DNA of 64,000 nt from Chiloscyllium plagiosum (taxonomy: Eukaryota). The stretch lies in assembly GCF_004010195.1 (NCBI RefSeq), contig NC_057718.1:28456377-28520376 (forward strand). The letters are read 5' to 3'. Of the stretch, positions 26,531 to 39,060 are shown piece by piece (positions within the stretch are counted from its first letter, which is position 1; every line of letters starts with the position of its first letter). Under the pieces are notes generated by a model. The model saw only the letters and a list, made by a program, of their open reading frames with translations, was not told the origin of the DNA and did no database searches. Position numbers and translations under genes: made by a program.

Positions 26531-27917
26531 CAGGTTCGCAGGGGATGGAATGTCTTATTTCTCCCTTCAACTAAATTTTAATTTATTCCCCTCCTTGCCC
26601 ATCCCTTTGTTATGCCTGATGTACAGTGTTTGTACTTCAATAATTTAGAGACACGGGGTGGTTTGTTGGCAGCCTAATAAAAACAGCCAGCCTCCGATTA
26701 GTTAATTTGGTAGTTCGGTTTATTAAGAATCATTGAATGATTCAGCGTGGAGACATACCATTTGGTCCAATTCATCCAGGCTGACCAGATATCCAAAATT
26801 AATCTAATCCCATTTGCCAGCATTGGACCCATATCCCTTGAAACCTTTCCAGATGCCTTTTAAATAATGTAATTGAACCAGCCTCCACCACTTCCACTGG
26901 CAGCTCATTCTATCTTCAACGAAACAAGGTCCTTGAAGGTGCAAGGTCTCTTGGTTCAACAACACTCCCCAAGAACCTACCATTAAGTATTTTTCAACAA
27001 GTTCGGTTCCTCATCCATTTCCTTATGTCCTTGGACAAGAAACAGTGTCCATTGGCACACTGAGCTTTTCATGACAGGTGAGCACCACCATGGGGTAAGA
27101 TTCATTATTAGGCCCCATCAATCATATTTTGATTTATTACACTCCTAGTGGGCTGTAACTGGTTTGTTTTGGTTAATTTGTTCTGTTTAAAAAAAGAGGA
27201 AGACTTGGATTTTGGAAAGTCAAAGGGAGAAACTGATACTTGTGCTAAACTACAGATTTATAATTAAACTTTGTAAATCTCTTGAATCCTTTGCTGCCTA
27301 ATTCAATACATTGGAATCACTTATTAAACAGTGATCTGATATTAATACTGGTACAAATCCTTTCAGCAAGATTTCTGTGCAGTCACTAGATGCTTTTTCC
27401 CTTCTGCCATTATCTCTCATAGACACTTAAATCAAACAACAAATTAAACCCACTCTGACTCACTGTACCGCAACCAAATGAGACCCCTAAACTCAATGCC
27501 CAATCATTCACTGTCTGGCAATGCCCACCCACAGACCAAGTATCCAGATTGCTTTGCCTCTCTAAGTATCTTGATGCTTGTCCTACACAACACTACTGTT
27601 TTCCCCACTTCTACTTTTTTAAAAGAATAAAGCACTGAACCGATAATCCCTGGAGCCCTTTAAACCAAGACTCGAAGAGCAGAATTAAAATGTATTAAAC
27701 CAAAACTGACCTCCAGACGTCTCCTCAATAATCAACAAACACATTAAAATGAAACTAAATCATGTCTTCCCCTCTTGAACAAATTATGAAATCAACTTAA
27801 AGTCATACATTGCTTTTAGCAGAAGGAAAACAAGATTGCACAGTAAGTTCAACTAAAAAGGACATACACATAAAATCTTGAGTACATGACTAATGCACAA
27901 TTAAAACAAATTTTAAA

Positions 27918-28143
27918 AATCCAACAGGTTTATTTGAAGGGACTAGCTTTCAAGCACTGCTTCTTCATCAGGTGATTATGTTGCAGGATCATAAGACTAT
28001 ATGCTCCTGCTCCACAACCAACTGAAGAAGCAGCAGCACTTCGAAAGCTAATGCCTCCAAATAAACCTGTGGGGGCTATAATCAAATGTTGTGCGATTTC
28101 TAACTTTGCCTACCTCAGTGCAACACTGGCTCCTCCAAGTCAT
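27918..28143. mobile_element. Degenerate inverted PLE mini-element (family B-like) with two decayed hammerheads
   Basis: ccaacaggtttatttg..ctagctttc..cttcatcaggtg followed by its inverse ctgaagaag..cttcgaaagcta..aaataaacctgt. Confidence 0.65.
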
Positions 28144-28173
28144 AACTAAAACAACTAAACTTAGTCTAAAAGA

Positions 28174-30664
28174 CATGATTTGGAGATGCCGGTGTTGGAC
28201 TGGGGTGTACAAAATTAAAAATCACACAACACCAGGTTATAGTCCAACAGGTTTAGTTGGAAGTACACTAGCTTTCAGAGCGACACTCCTTCATCAGGTG
28301 ATAGTGGAGGGCTCAATCCTAACGCAGAATTTATAGCAAAAATTTACAGTGTGATGTAACTGAAATTATACATTGAAAAATCGATTGTCTGTTAAGCCTT
28401 TCATCTGTTAGAATACAGTGATAGTTTCACTTCTTTCTTAAATCACAAAACCATTTTTTATTAAAAAAGTTGCATTCTCGGGTTAGCTGTTAACAGTGGT
28501 GATAGCTAGACAATATGCTGAAGGTGTTGGCCCCCTGTGTTCTCTGTCTGTGCCATGATGTTTAGATAGATTCAAATCTAAAAAGTGAGATAATGGAGTT
28601 TTACATAAATTCATGCAGTTTTTGAGCTCAGAGTGCTATATGAATGCATGCAGTTTTTGAGCAAAGTACAATATAACGCTGCAAGTACAAATTCACCCCA
28701 CAAAATATATGTGTGCATGACAGACAAAGACCCACATGCACACAAATATTTTGTGGGGTGAATTTGTACTTTCAGGATTACATTGTACTTTCCTCAAAAA
28801 CTGCATGCATTCATATAGGACTCTGAGCTCAAAAACTGCATGAATTTATGTAAAACTCCGTTATCTCACTTTTTAGATTCAAATCAATCTAAACATAATG
28901 GCATAGACAGAGAACACAGGGGAAAGTGAGGACTACAGATGCTGGAGATCAGCACTGAAAATGTGTTGCTGGAAAAGCACAGGTTAGGCAGCATCCAAGA
29001 AGCAGGAGAATCGATGCTTCGGGCATGAGCCCTTCTTCAGGAATGAGGAGAGTGTGCTAAGCAGGCTAAGATAAATACTGAGTTCGAGGGTTGGGACTGA
29101 GACAAGGTGGGGGGAGGCGAAATGAGGAAACTGGAGAAATCAGAGTTCATCCCTTGTGGTTGTCGGGTTCCTCGGCGGAAGATGAGGCGCTCTTCCTCCA
29201 GCTGTCGTGTTGCTATGGTCTGACGATGGAGGAGTCCAAGGATGGAGGAGTGCATGTCCTTGGTGGAGTGGGAGGGGGAGTTGAAGTGTCGAGCCACGGG
29301 GTGGTTGGGTTGGTTGGTCTGGGTGTCCCAGAGGTGTTCTCTGAAATGTTCTGCAAGTAGGGGCCTGTCTCCCCAATATAGAGGAGGCCACATTGGGTGC
29401 AGCAGATGCAGTAAATGATGTGTGTGGAGGTGAATTTGTGGTGGATATGGAAGGATCACTTGGGGCCTTGGAAGGAAGTAAGGGGGGAGGTGTGGGCGCA
29501 AATTTTGCATTTCTTGCGGTTGCAGGGGAAGGTGCCGGGAGTGGAGGTTGGGTTGGTGGGGATTGTGGACCTGACAAGGGAGTCATGGAGGGAGTGGTCT
29601 TTTTGGAACGCTGATAGGGGAGAGGAGGGAAATATATCCCTGGTGGTGGGGTCAGTTTGGAGGTGGCGGAAATGACGACGGATGTATGGAGGTTGGTAGG
29701 GTAGTAGGTGAGGACCAGTGGGGTTCTGTCCTGGTGGCGATTGGAGAGGCGGGGCTCAAGGACGGAGGAGCGGGAAGTGGAGGAGATGAGGTGGAGAGCA
29801 TCGTCGATCACGTCTGGGGGGATATTGCGATCTTTGAAGAAGGAGGCCATCTGGGTTGTTCGGTATTGGAACTGGTCCTCCTGGGAGCAGATGCGGCGGA
29901 GACAAAGGAATTGTGAATATGGGATGGCATTTTTACAGGGGCAGGGTGGGAGGTGGAGTAGTCTAGGTAGCTGTGGGAGTCGGTCGGTTTATAGTAAATG
30001 TCCGTGTTGATTCGGTCGCCCGAGATAGAAATGGAGAGGTTTAGAAAGGGGAGGGAGGAGTCTAAGACGGTCCAGGTAAATTTGAGGTCGGGGTGGAAGG
30101 TGTTGGTAAAGTGGATGAACTGTTCCTGCGGTGGCAGGGGAAAGTGCCAGGATGGGAGGGTGGGTTCCATGGTGAAGATAAGGCGTTGGGGACCAGGGAA
30201 GCGAAAATCATGGAGGAGGTGGAGGGCGTGGGTGGTGTCCCGAACGTAGGTGGGGAGTTCTTGGACTAAGGGGGACAGGACCGTGTCGAGGTATGCAGAG
30301 ATGAGTTCGGTGGGGCAGGAGCAGGCTGAGACAATGAGAGAACACAGGGGGCCAACACTTTCAACATATTGTCTAGCTATCACCATTGTTAACAGCTAAC
30401 CCGAGAATGCAACTTTTTAAAAAAAGGTTTCGTGATTTACACATGAAAGAAGTGAAACTATCACTATATTCTAACAGGATGAAAGGCTTAACAGACAATC
30501 GATTTTTCAATGTATAATTTCAGTTACATCACACTGTAAATTTTTGCTATAAATTCTGCATTAGGATTGAGCCCTCCACTATCACCTGATGAAGGAGCGT
30601 CGCTCCGAAAGCTAGTGTGCTTCCAATTAAACCTGTTGGACTATAACCTGGTGTTGTGATTTTT
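28174..30664. mobile_element. Palindromic PLE (family B) with ~550-bp inverted arms and 16-bp TSD
   Basis: TSD aacttagtctaaaaga (28158-28173 and 30665-30680). Arm 28174-28720 is the inverse of 28720-28922 plus 30351-30664. Hammerheads at 28266-28300 (-) and 30583-30617 (+). Confidence 0.85.
28923..30336 (-). mobile_element. PLE (family A) RT + GIY-YIG remnant nested in the family B element, 14-bp TSD
   Basis: ORFs with ELPTYVRDTTHAL, FTNTFHPDLKFT, TDIYYKPTDSHSYLDY, LAEHFREHL..PVARHFNSPSHS..LEEERLIFR; TSD agagaacacagggg (28909-28922 and 30337-30350). Confidence 0.9.
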
Positions 30665-31854
30665 AACTTAGTCTAAAAGAAGCCATCTTTTACATGGGTT
30701 GGGACTGACTGCTGGAATGGGGGGATGGCAGGAGTGAACCAAAGAGTCAGGCTTAGTCAGTTAGTGAGGTGCAGTGTGAATCTGGAGCAATAAAGGTAGA
30801 GGAAGCTGATCAGTATGAAGTTATAGTAACTGCTACTCAACTCGCTCAGAAGAATGTGTCAAAATCTGCAAAGTAAAGGCTTTGAATGCAATGCCTGTTG
30901 TGAAACACCATGGATGTTTTACCATATCAAAAAGTTCCAAACAATTGCAAGTTGGTGGTGTTGATTATATACAAGACTCAATTACAAACTAGTTGCAATT
31001 TTCAGTATTGCTGAAATCCACTTTTAGGTTTGTTTCCTATGGGCAAGAATGTTTATCGTCCATAACCCACAACATACTGTTTTAAAATTAGAAATATGTT
31101 CCTTTAAGGCCTTAAAGTCTCAGGTGTAAATACAGCATTATTCAGTTTAGTTGTATTTTATTCAGAAAAATAATGATTTGGTCAACTGCACGTTAAATAC
31201 CACAAGAGCAGTTCAGGAGCAGCCAAAGCTTAAATTATCCAACACCATGAGTGTCATATGTGTAATATAGTCATTCTCTGAACTATCTTCAAAATACTCA
31301 CCCTCACAATCCTGTTACTGTGCCTTCATTAAATTACATTTGCTTCAATTCATTTTCAAAATAACAAAATTAAAAGAACAATCTCATATTCCCATACTTC
31401 TTTAACATCTACGATGCCTAATTGAAATGAATGTGCACCTATAAAAAGGATACCACATGCTCATCCATCTCAATCATTCCTATTTTGGAAGTACAGGGGG
31501 TTAACTCCTGACACAAAGGTATCAAGTAGCCTAAACATTGCAAGACTTGAACTAAAGATCTAATAGTGGTTATAAGTTAACAGAAAAGGAGATGGTCCAA
31601 CATTACATTCCATAGCTCAGTTTTTTTCTGCATTATTAAATGTTGTTAATAGAAAACTGCCCTAAATGAGAATTTTGATGTTGAATTGATTTTACTGACA
31701 ATAGTCTGAATATAGTTTTCACCAAATCATTACTTCAGCGTACATAATGGATATTATAATACATATAAATATTATAAAGTCAGAAGGTTACAGCCCAACA
31801 GGTTTATCTGAAATCACAAGCTTTTAGAGTGCTGCTCCTTAGTCAGGTGAAGCT

Positions 31855-32330
31855 TGGTCAAAGAGGTAGGTTTGAAGAAAAGACTTACAACAAGATAGAG
31901 GGGTTGAGAGGAGTGTGGAGGGTATTCCAGAGCTTGAGACTCAAGCCATTAACGATCCAGCCACCAATGCCAGAATAATTAAAATCAGGGATGCTCAAGA
32001 GGCCAGAATTAGAGAAGCACAGACTCCAGAGGATTGTGGGGTTGGAGGAGATTTACAGAATTGCAAGAGGTGGTGACATGGATGGATTTAAAACCAAGAA
32101 TGAGAACTTTGAAAATCAAGATTTGCTCAACTAGGAGAAATGCAAATAAGTTAACAGAGGAGATAGATGAACAGGTCATAGCATAAGTAGGTACAAAAGC
32201 AGGAGAGGCTTCGATCATCTTAGAGTTAGAGGGTAGAATGTGGGATACTAACCAGGAGACCATTGGAATTGTTAAATCTAGAGGTAACCAACATATGAGT
32301 GAAGTAAACCACCATGGAAGTCGCAAGCAA
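31855..32330 (-). mobile_element. L2 LINE fragment
   Basis: LIFKVLILGFKSIH C-terminal motif typical of L2 ORF2. Confidence 0.6.
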
Positions 32331-32826
32331 GTATAGGAGAGATCATCTCCTGTGGCACAATGATGACAGCAGATAGCTTGCATACAAAGATCACAGGTAG
32401 ACAATCTCTTTGGTAGGTGGTACGATCATTGGTAACTGGGGAGGCCAATTCTTGATATGCAGGCTCTTGAGCTATTTTGGAATGGGAAAACGATAGCTTG
32501 AAGGGACTCTAGTAAAAGCAGGCTTCTTCCACTGTCCAGTGATGTTAATAAAGATCAATGTAATTGGACTCAATGCATAAGTGGACAGGAAAATCAGCCT
32601 AGCTTCCTGCTTCTCATCCTTTGTCAGTGACCACCTTGGCAAAAGGCACTAATATTGACAGCCAAGAGGAACAAGCTCAATAGTGATGCCCAACTCCCTT
32701 ATATCACTGTCAAATGAGATTCACCACTGGGCTGTGGCAAAAAAAAATGCTCATTTGGGCAACGCATTATAGAACAGTTGCAACTTGTAGAACTGGAGAC
32801 ATTTTCTTTCAAATAAAATGGCTTAC

Positions 32827-32960
32827 CTCTCCTCAATCCTATTCTTGTCCATCAGTGGTTGTTTGATCCACTGATTGACGAGACGCTGTCCCTGAGGGGT
32901 CTTACATTTGTTCAGTAAACCAGCCAATGACTGTGTATTACTGGGATCTTCTGATGCACC
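32827..32960 (-). CDS. MSH2: MSH2 exon 6
   Basis: tag|[44 protein letters not shown](R)|gtaagc; 134 bp; read by eye, not in the ORF track. Confidence 0.97.
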
Positions 32961-33198
32961 CTAAAACAAAGAGTATTTTAAGTCATATCCATCATACTCA
33001 TTTTATTTTGTAGCACTTACTCACCATGATATTACATTTATAACAACTAAAGAATATTCTTTTAATGGAGATCTATTGAATATCTTGGGTTAGTCGATAT
33101 AATAAACAATTGCCATAAAATTCTTTACGAATTATGAGAAGTCAGAAATGAATGAAATACATAACAATCACCAAACTATTTGGTTCTGGTGTCACTGA

Positions 33199-33688
33199 TT
33201 GCTTCTCACTGATCTTGCACTTGGGCCATTTACCTAGACTCGTTAACAAAAGTGAGGAATCTTTTAAGGTCCAACATTTCACAAATCAGCTCTATGAATT
33301 AATCAGGAAAATATGCCCAAAGAGGTAGGTTAAATTTTATGGATATCAATGACAACAAAATAACCATCTTGTTATGGATAACTCCAAACTGTTGATAAAT
33401 AGTTCCGGAATTTAAGGGTTGTGAACATCCTGAGTGTCACTGACAGTATGACTCATTTCTTAAAATTAATATTGACAAATAAATTGTATTCAAATTTCAG
33501 TTGTGTCAATATTAACCTAAGTCTCTTTGCTTCTCACTGATCTTGCACTCGGGCCATTTATCTAAACTCATTAACAAAAGTGAGGAATCTTTTAAGGCCC
33601 AACATTTCATAAATTAGCTCTATAAATAAATCAGCTACAGGAAAATATGCCCAAAGGGATAGGCTATATTTTATGACAACAAAATAAC
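33199..33688. repeat. Local direct duplication of ~165 bp (33199-33364 and 33527-33688)
   Basis: Both copies read ttgcttctcactgatcttgcact..aacaaaagtgaggaatcttttaagg..caggaaaatatgcccaaag..gacaacaaaataac. Confidence 0.9.
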
Positions 33689-33795
33689 TATTCATTTTAA
33701 ACCGTTTTAGTGTCACAGTAAAAAACTTTTCAGTATTGACTTATGACTCAAGATACAGCATAAAGCTAAAGCGAAAATGAGAAAGTTTAAACCGT

Positions 33796-34110
33796 GGACA
33801 GCACGGTGGCACAGTGGTTAGCACTGCTGCCTCACAGCGCCAGAGACCCGGGTTCAATTCCCGCCTCAGGCGACTGACTGTGTGGAGTTTGCACATTCTC
33901 CCCGTGTCTGCGTGGGTTTCCTCCGGGTGCTCCGGTTTTCTCCCACAGTCCAAAGATGTGCAGGTCAGGTGAATTGGCCATGCTAAATTGTCCCTAGTGT
34001 TAGGTAAGGGGTAAATGTAGGGGTATGGGTGGGTTGCACTTCGGCGGGGCGGTGTGGACTTGTTGGGCCGAAGGGCCTGTTTCCGCACTGTAATGTAATC
34101 TAATCTAATC
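33796..34110 (+). mobile_element. HE1-like V-SINE, full length
   Basis: tRNA head (ggtggcacagtggttagc...gggttcaattccc), V-domain (gtgtggagtttgcacattctccccgtgtctgcgtgggtttcc), CR1-like tail and (taatc)n end. Confidence 0.9.
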
Positions 34111-34436
34111 AATTTGAAGTCCAATATTGGCTGCACTGTATCACAGCCAAGCCAGAAGATGGAGAACCTACCAGTGGTAGGATATTCTAGCTACATGACT
34201 GGAATAAATAAATATAATAGCCGTAACAAAATCCGTTCAGGATAGAGTTGAGAGTGCTTTTCCCTTCTTTTTTGTTCCACTTTTAAAGAGGGGCTGGAAA
34301 AACTCAAGGATAAGGAGAAAAAAAGAAGTGGAGAAAATCATTTGACTATGATGTATGGCAAATGTAGTGCGCTTGGGTGGAACAAGTGACCTTGGGTTTA
34401 TGTTTTTCGCTAAGGATTTACTTCACGAGAGTCTGG

Positions 34437-34525
34437 GAGTGTGTTGCTGGAAAAGCACAGCAGGTCAGGCAACATCCAAGGAACAGGAAAATTGACGTTT
34501 CAGGCCAAAGCCCTTCATCAGGAAA
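34437..34525 (-). mobile_element. PLE family A terminal fragment with hammerhead motif
   Basis: Reverse strand ttc-CTGATGA-a-gggc(tttg)gcct-GAAA-cgtc. Confidence 0.7.
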
Positions 34526-34527
34526 CT

Positions 34528-34820
34528 CCACAGAATCCTTACTGTGTGGAAGCAGGCCATTTGGCTCAACGAGCCCACTCTAGTCCTCCAAAGAGCATCC
34601 CATCAAGAACTACCACCACCCTATCCCTTCAAACCTGCATTTCCCATATTTAACCCACATTTCTCTAGACATTATGGGGCAATTTAGCATGGCCAATAGA
34701 CTTAATCTGCACATATTCAGAATGTGGGAGGAAACCGGAGCACGTGCAAACTCCACACAGGCAGTTGCCCAAGGATGGATTAAATCTGGGTCCCTGGCAC
34801 TGTGAGACAGCAGTGCTAAC
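34528..34820 (-). mobile_element. Older V-SINE copy
   Basis: Reverse strand ggtggctcagtggttagcactgctg...gtgtggagtttgcacg...ggccatgctaaattgcccc. Confidence 0.75.
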
Positions 34821-35430
34821 CACTGAGCCACCATGCTGCCTCTACCCATCCACTGGAAGTACATTGAGGAAGACACAAGAAAGAAGACAAGCATATATCT
34901 TGGGGAATGAACAGGGTCTGTTTAACTCTCCCTTACAACAATGTATACCAACTTTGCTTCAGTCTGTTGCAATATGTAGGAGCATTTTAATTTAATATTC
35001 AATTTTGGTGTACATATTAACCTTGTTATGAACCATGTGCCAATAACAGTCCTTCTTGCCTAATTAATGGTTAGCTCAAATGAATTTACAAAGCTCTACA
35101 AAGAACCTAAAGTACATGATCTAGGGCATACACTGATGATTATTTCGGTAATATTTATTATCTGGCTACACAAACCTGACATTATCTAGCCCGAATAACT
35201 TCTAATACATTATTGTATGTTAATTCATCACAATTTGCACACTTAGCCCATTACAAAAGCTCCTTTTTAACTACTATAACACAACATGGTCTGAAATACT
35301 GAGCACTTCTAACTATGTGACATACTTCACAGCACTTATGGGTTAATGTGCTAGAATGTCCTCTCTTCCTGCTACGTAAAAACATCTGTCTTCAAACTGA
35401 CAGGTACAGAGTCAAACCCAACCTACTCAC

Positions 35431-35580
35431 CTGAAAAAGATTAAGTGCACTGACTGCAGCATTATCCAGCCTCATATACTGGCTCAGGTCAAATGTAATC
35501 AACTCATATTGGCCAAAGTTAGTTTTATCAGACAAAAGCTCCAAATATTTGATCACAGCAGAAACAGAAGACATGGCGAC
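35431..35580 (-). CDS. MSH2: MSH2 exon 5
   Basis: aag|[50 protein letters not shown]|gtgagt; 150 bp. Confidence 0.97.
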
Positions 35581-35975
35581 CTTTTGGAATTGAAAAAAAA
35601 TCTACATTAGCCATATCAACTATATACAACATATATTCTCGGCGTTGTTAGCACCTCAAATGCAACCAATGCATCCTCTAATTTTTGTATGAACAATTTG
35701 AGTGCATGATTATGCAGCTTAGATGGAAGATCAAAAGCAGCCTATTTCACCACTTTGCTACAAATTGCATGCAGAAAATAGGACTAAGTCAATGCTAATC
35801 AATTGCTTTTCCTTTTTTAGGAGATCTGAAGAAGTGAAATGACAGAAGATAATCTCCAAGCTCACGAAAAACCTACACAGTTCAAACTTCTGTTTACTTG
35901 AAACAGAGTTCTCTCGCTATTCTGAGGCGCACTATCAGTAAAACTTGTCAGAACCCAGGTTCAAGAGTCCTAAAT

Positions 35976-36190
35976 ACAGTTTTTTCTGGTATAACATGTG
36001 TTTCATCATCACGAATTGGCTGTAACGTAATTGACGAATTATGGACAAAGTGTGGATAAATTAACTTTCTATTGAATGAGTATAGTGATTTTCTACAGCA
36101 ACCTTCTGTCGCATGCTTCCATAGTCCGGTTTTCCATACCACGAGGTTGCAAAGGAACGCAACTGTCGCACTATAGCAGAACTACCTGCA
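35976..36190. mobile_element. Possible Tigger/Tc1-type MITE
   Basis: Imperfect terminal inverted repeats cag....ttctg.tata / tata.cagaa....ctg; CpG-richer than the flanks. Confidence 0.35.
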
Positions 36191-37425
36191 ATCCATTTCA
36201 TCAGCTAGTACACCTCTTCATTTAACATCCCCAAAACTGGTGAACTTGCTGTCACATATTCAGCCTCAGCTCTAAGATTACTTTGCAGTAGATTTTTTGA
36301 ATAAGGCGTGAAGAATCCCAAGCTCAAGTGGCAGGTTCGAGCTGCTCCACAATCTATCAATCCCCAAGATTGATACATTTTAGATGTGTTAGATGTTGAA
36401 TTACCGAAATGTTCCCCAGATGATAAATTTGGTTCCACATAATTCACACAGGATTTAGAATTTGAAATTTAAACTGATCCATTGAGGATATTTGACCAGT
36501 GACCCAACAAGCCATCTCAACTTTGCATTAAACTTTTAAAAGGAAAGAGGCCAAATTGCAGGATGACACTTCAGACCATGTACCATTTCCAGTTCTTAAA
36601 GAAGCAGGAAACTGAATTACAGAAAACAAAATTCTAAACATTTCTAAGTTTACAAAATCAAATAAATACTTCATAGGCATCACACCTTCTCAATGCATAA
36701 ACTGTCAGGGAAAGATGGATTTTAGCACGGATGTATTACAAGCAAGTAGTACAAGATGGTGGGAAGTGGATTCACGTGCATGACCTACAAGGAGCTGCTC
36801 TTATTCAAATTACTACAGGAAGACTTATGAATTGAATTCCCCTCCAAAGGGGCTGGAAAAAGTTAACATTTCACTTGACACACTTCATTCTGTCCTTTTT
36901 AGGACAGCAACTGCAGCAGCTTGGAATCAAATAGCTACAGATGTTGCAAAAATGATCAAAGGTGGTAATGGTAAGAGTTTTATTTATTTGCTATGTGAAA
37001 ATTATTTATTTTCCAATGCTAACTTATTATGATTAGCATCAAAATTAAATCAATATTTTTTAAAAGCAGAACACTGCAGATGTTGGAAATTAAATAAAAA
37101 CAAAAAAATGCTGAACATGGTCAGCAAGCTATGGCAGCACCTAAGTCAGAAACAGTTAACAGCTCTTGCCATCAATAGTTCCATGACAGCATCCTTGAAG
37201 TATGAAAATTTTACATGAGTACAAAAAAAAATGCTCTGTTTAAATTGAAGGCAAAGGTTGCAGTACACAGAGCATAACAAATAAAGCAGAAAATGCTAGG
37301 AATACTCACATCTGGAATATTGGAATATAACATTTAAGTTTTGTTTTTATTTCAGATTTTTAGCATCCTCAATATTTTACTTTCAAAATAACATTAGTGC
37401 ACTCCACGAAAGCTGCTTCACTCAC

Positions 37426-37572
37426 TTGTTTTTCCATCTCTGGCAAAGCAGCACTTGACACTTGTTCTCCTTTCTTCCCTTTCAGCAGGCGGTTTAGATC
37501 TTGTACAATATCCTTATTTGTAAACTCACTTTTCTTTCTATCCGTTATCAAGACGCCTCCTCGTTGTACAAT
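37426..37572 (-). CDS. MSH2: MSH2 exon 4
   Basis: cag|[49 protein letters not shown]|gtgagt; 147 bp. Confidence 0.97.
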
Positions 37573-38689
37573 CTGTGTTATACATCAATAAAAACACAAC
37601 TGCAGTCTAGCTGGACTTGTTAAAGCTAACAGAATGTTTATCAAGTGCATTGTATGGTTAATGGAGAAGGTTTTCATCACACTATCATGCATAGCTATTT
37701 ATATGCAATAAGTAACTCAAACAAGTCTTGGTAACATTCTCTTTTCTTGAATTGGAAGGCTTTGGGCTCAAATCTTACTTCAGGACTTGAGCACAATGAA
37801 AAAGGCTGACAATCAAATGTATTACTGAGGGAATGCTGCACTATTACAGCATTGTTGCTCAGAGGTGATGTTAAGACAAGATTCTGAGACTACTGCCAAG
37901 TCCATCTGCAAACTCTGCCTTATATAGGACAGGTGGTGTTTGACAAATTTGATAGAGTAATTATTTGGTTGTGTGTTCACTGCTATCAATGCCTCAACGT
38001 TCCATAGCTTCCCAAATTATTCTTTTCCGTTTTCAACCAAAGGTCCGGATCTCCCAAGAGTATACAGGAATGTTTAATCTCATGAACACTTTCAAAATAC
38101 TATAAAACCGATTAGCTATTAGCCCAATAGCTTCTTAATACAACAGAGGAAAGCAGCTGTTTTGTGTCTCAGGGATAAGTACAACCATATCCTGCCCTGC
38201 AGAATTGGTTTGATGGGGTCATTGCTGTTTGACTACCTTCCTTGCCACCAGATGGAACTGCTGTGGCATTTCTCTGCTGCTTTCACATACCTGTAGAAGG
38301 CTGATGACATCTCCAAAACGTTTATGGCCATGGGGACCACTGCTACCTGGTAAACCATGACTTTAGGTTTGAGAACCTGGTTCTCTTTTCCTCCGTCAGC
38401 CAAAGGCTAAGTTGGCACATTAGAGTTAAAGAATTTTGTTGATTGTGTCTGTCTTTGTTAGGAATTATCTCCAAAGGCATAGACTTCAGTCTCCTGTTTG
38501 CCATCTACAAGTTGCTGGCAAATTCAGCCCAAGATATTCCTACCAAGTGTGAAAAGTGCAGTTTCTTTAGGATTAGGAACAGAAATTAGTATCATAAAAC
38601 CTGCTTTATGTGACTGAAATGATGCAAGAGCTAAAGGAGAAAGGCTGCTGCATAAATCTTTAAAAAAGGATTCTAAAGGAGAGAATCAA

Positions 38690-39060
38690 AGGATAGTATT
38701 ATTACTAGACTATTAATCCAGAAAATCTGAGTGTTCTAGGGTCCAAAACCTGTCAGAGCAGATGGTAGAATTTGAATTCAATTAAATAAAAAAGCAAATC
38801 TAGAATTAAGAATTTTCTGATGACCATGAAACTATTGCCGATTGTCAGAAAAACCCATCTGGCTCACTAATGCCTTCAGGAAGGAAATATTCCAACCTCA
38901 TCTCTCTCTGGCCTACATGTGACTCCAGAACCACAGCAATGTGGTTGACTCTCAGCTCTCGCTCTGAAATGGCTTAGTAAGCCACTCAGTTCAAGGGCAG
39001 CTAGGGATGGCCAATAAATGCTGGCCAGCCAGAGACACCCATGTCCCACAAGTGAATAAG
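38690..39060 (+). mobile_element. Deu-SINE/SacSINE1-like SINE
   Basis: ctagactattaatccag..gaatttgaattcaat..tggcctacatgtgactccagaaccacagcaatgtggttgactctc..aataaatgctggcc. Confidence 0.7.

Noticed and set aside
33796..33865. tRNA gene (also 62441-62510)
   Set aside because: A/B boxes run directly into the V-SINE body and tail, so this is a SINE head.
35946..36012. Minus-strand ATGATGA...CTGA as a C/D box snoRNA
   Set aside because: No terminal stem, no guide complementarity recognised, and it overlaps a probable MITE.
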